A stretch of DNA of 64,000 nucleotides. Source: Candidatus Saccharimonadales bacterium (GTDB lineage: Bacteria > Patescibacteriota > Saccharimonadia > Saccharimonadales > Saccharimonadaceae). The position numbers and the translations under genes were made by a program. How positions within the stretch are numbered: the stretch's first letter is position 1; every line of letters begins with the position of its first letter. The stretch is taken from assembly GCA_038319685.1 (NCBI GenBank), contig JBBQDN010000005.1:15277-79276 (forward strand), read 5' to 3'. Of this stretch, positions 62,794-64,000 are shown piece by piece. The notes under the pieces were generated by a model that had not been told where the DNA came from, ran no database searches, and saw only the letters and a list, made by a program, of their open reading frames with translations.

Positions 62794-63777
62794 ATGATAA
62801 CCGTACAGGTATGTAACGACAAAAGGGAATGGGACGACTATATCCTCTCGCATGGTGGCCACCCGCTGCAATTGTGGGGTTGGGGTGAAGTAAAGTCTGG
62901 CCACAATTGGCAGGTGACACGTGTGTTTATTGCCAAAGATAGTGAACCGATCGCGAGTGCGCAAATATTAGTCCGCCGGTTACCGAGTCCGTTTCATTCG
63001 CTCGCCTATATTCCCAGGGGTCCTGTCGCGAGTATCCAGGATAGGGAAGTGGTTCTAGATGAACTTGCTGACTATGTTCGACAGACGTTCAAATCTGTTG
63101 CCCTGTCCGTCGAACCAGATGACGAAGGCGAGTTTGCTGTTGAGGGCTGGCACCAATCTGACAATACGATTCTTATTGCGCGAACATTAATCCTAGATCT
63201 TGACCAGAGTATCGAATCGCTCCAAGGGGCAATGAGCAAAAAAACGAGGCAATACATCCGCAAATCCGGCAGCGAACAGATGACAGTTCGTCGGGTTAAA
63301 ACCAAACAAGAGCTGTCACAATGCCTGGAAATCTATAAACAAACGTCCAAGCGAGCTGATTTTGCCCTTCACGACGACGAGTATTATTACGATATTTTTA
63401 ATCTGATGGGTGACTATTCACCGGTGTTTGCGGCGTTTGTCGATGATCAACCGGTGGCTTTTTTATGGCTCGCAATCAGCGAACGGACGGCATTTGAACT
63501 ATATGGCGGGGTCAATGACCAAGGCCAAGAACTCCGAGCCAACTATGCACTTAAATGGTACGCCATTTCAAAAATGAAAGAGTGGGGAATTGGTCGCTAC
63601 GATCTTAACGGGCTATTGAACGATGGCATCAGCACCTTTAAACAGGGGTTTGCTGATCACGAAAATAACCTTGTTGGTACGTACGATAAACCACTGTCAT
63701 CACTCTATATCCTATGGAGTCATGGGCTTCCGACGGTGAAACGCATCGTGCGTACATTTAAATCGTTGCGTAAATAA
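62794..63777 (+). CDS. FemAB-family peptidoglycan interpeptide-bridge aminoacyltransferase
   Basis: N-terminal EWDDYILSHGGHPLQLWGWGEVK and C-terminal YDLNGL...FKQGF are typical of the FemX/FemAB family. I chose ATG 62794, which sits 7 nt after TATAAT. Confidence 0.75.
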   Translation: MITVQVCNDKREWDDYILSHGGHPLQLWGWGEVKSGHNWQVTRVFIAKDSEPIASAQILVRRLPSPFHSLAYIPRGPVASIQDREVVLDELADYVRQTFKSVALSVEPDDEGEFAVEGWHQSDNTILIARTLILDLDQSIESLQGAMSKKTRQYIRKSGSEQMTVRRVKTKQELSQCLEIYKQTSKRADFALHDDEYYYDIFNLMGDYSPVFAAFVDDQPVAFLWLAISERTAFELYGGVNDQGQELRANYALKWYAISKMKEWGIGRYDLNGLLNDGISTFKQGFADHENNLVGTYDKPLSSLYILWSHGLPTVKRIVRTFKSLRK

Positions 63778-63869
63778 CAACGGATATATTATTTTCACAC
63801 CCTAAACCATCAAATAGTTGATGACTTGGGGCGTGAGACAGGAGATGAGCTGCTCACGGGTCCAGAAAC

Positions 63870-64000
63870 CTATTCGGTGAGTTTGGCATCGATCAGTGCA
63901 TGTTGCAGTTCTTTGGTACTCATGTTCATGACCTTTGCGAGAGACTGCAGCGCATGATGACCAAGCCCAATGGACTTAGTAGGTTTATCATGCATGCCAA
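63870..64000 (-). CDS. hypothetical protein (C-terminal fragment only)
   Basis: Open minus-strand frame from the window edge to TAG at 63872-63870 (...MHDKPTKSIGLGHHALQSLAKVMNMSTKELQHALIDAKLTE). No function recognisable. Confidence 0.25.
   Translation of the reverse strand, partial: GMHDKPTKSIGLGHHALQSLAKVMNMSTKELQHALIDAKLTE

Noticed and set aside
1-64000. Alternative genetic code (UGA recoding, as in some CPR lineages).
   Set aside because: Housekeeping genes (dnaA, dnaN, valS, sucCD) are full-length and uninterrupted under the standard code, with TGA used as a stop (e.g. 56128-56130). No recoding is needed.

Overview
This 64 kb window is the chromosomal replication-origin neighbourhood (rpmH-rnpA-yidC-jag on the minus strand, dnaA-dnaN-recF on the plus strand) of a small-genome, Gram-positive-type bacterium. 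The gene content looks like Patescibacteria/CPR, most likely Saccharibacteria: many tiny single-pass membrane proteins, a FemAB-type gene, Gtr-like glycan genes and a standard genetic code. That taxonomic call is my inference and has not been searched. The left end holds a secreted SGNH hydrolase (partial), sucCD and a cell-envelope glycan cluster with two GT2+GtrA pairs, a polytopic protein fused to a PIG-L domain, and a GT4. Two accessory-looking systems dominate the rest. (1) At ~16.7-37.9 kb, plus a satellite at 40.9-41.3 kb, sits a type IV secretion-like locus. It is a 12-gene minus-strand block with a PrgI/VirB3-like protein, a VirB4 ATPase, two giant VirB6-like paralogues, two very large multi-domain peptidoglycan hydrolases and several small bitopic proteins. 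It is divergent from a five-gene array of VirB2/TrbC-like pilin paralogues. I found no coupling protein, relaxase, VirB11 or integrase anywhere in the window. (2) At ~43.5-57.1 kb lies a 13-gene minus-strand surface-protein block. Its core is a signal-peptide-less, phage-tail-fibre-like cassette that includes a 900-aa Cys-free repeat protein, next to a GT-A glycosyltransferase and a SAM methyltransferase. This core is flanked by DUF916-like and WxL/SCPU-like secreted proteins and a PKD-domain protein. Housekeeping genes fill the remainder: hsp20, comFC, Crp/Fnr, HIT, rlmH, valS, a FemX-like gene, three tRNA-Ser and one tRNA-Arg. All functional calls rest on motifs I read in the translations. 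No database search was possible.
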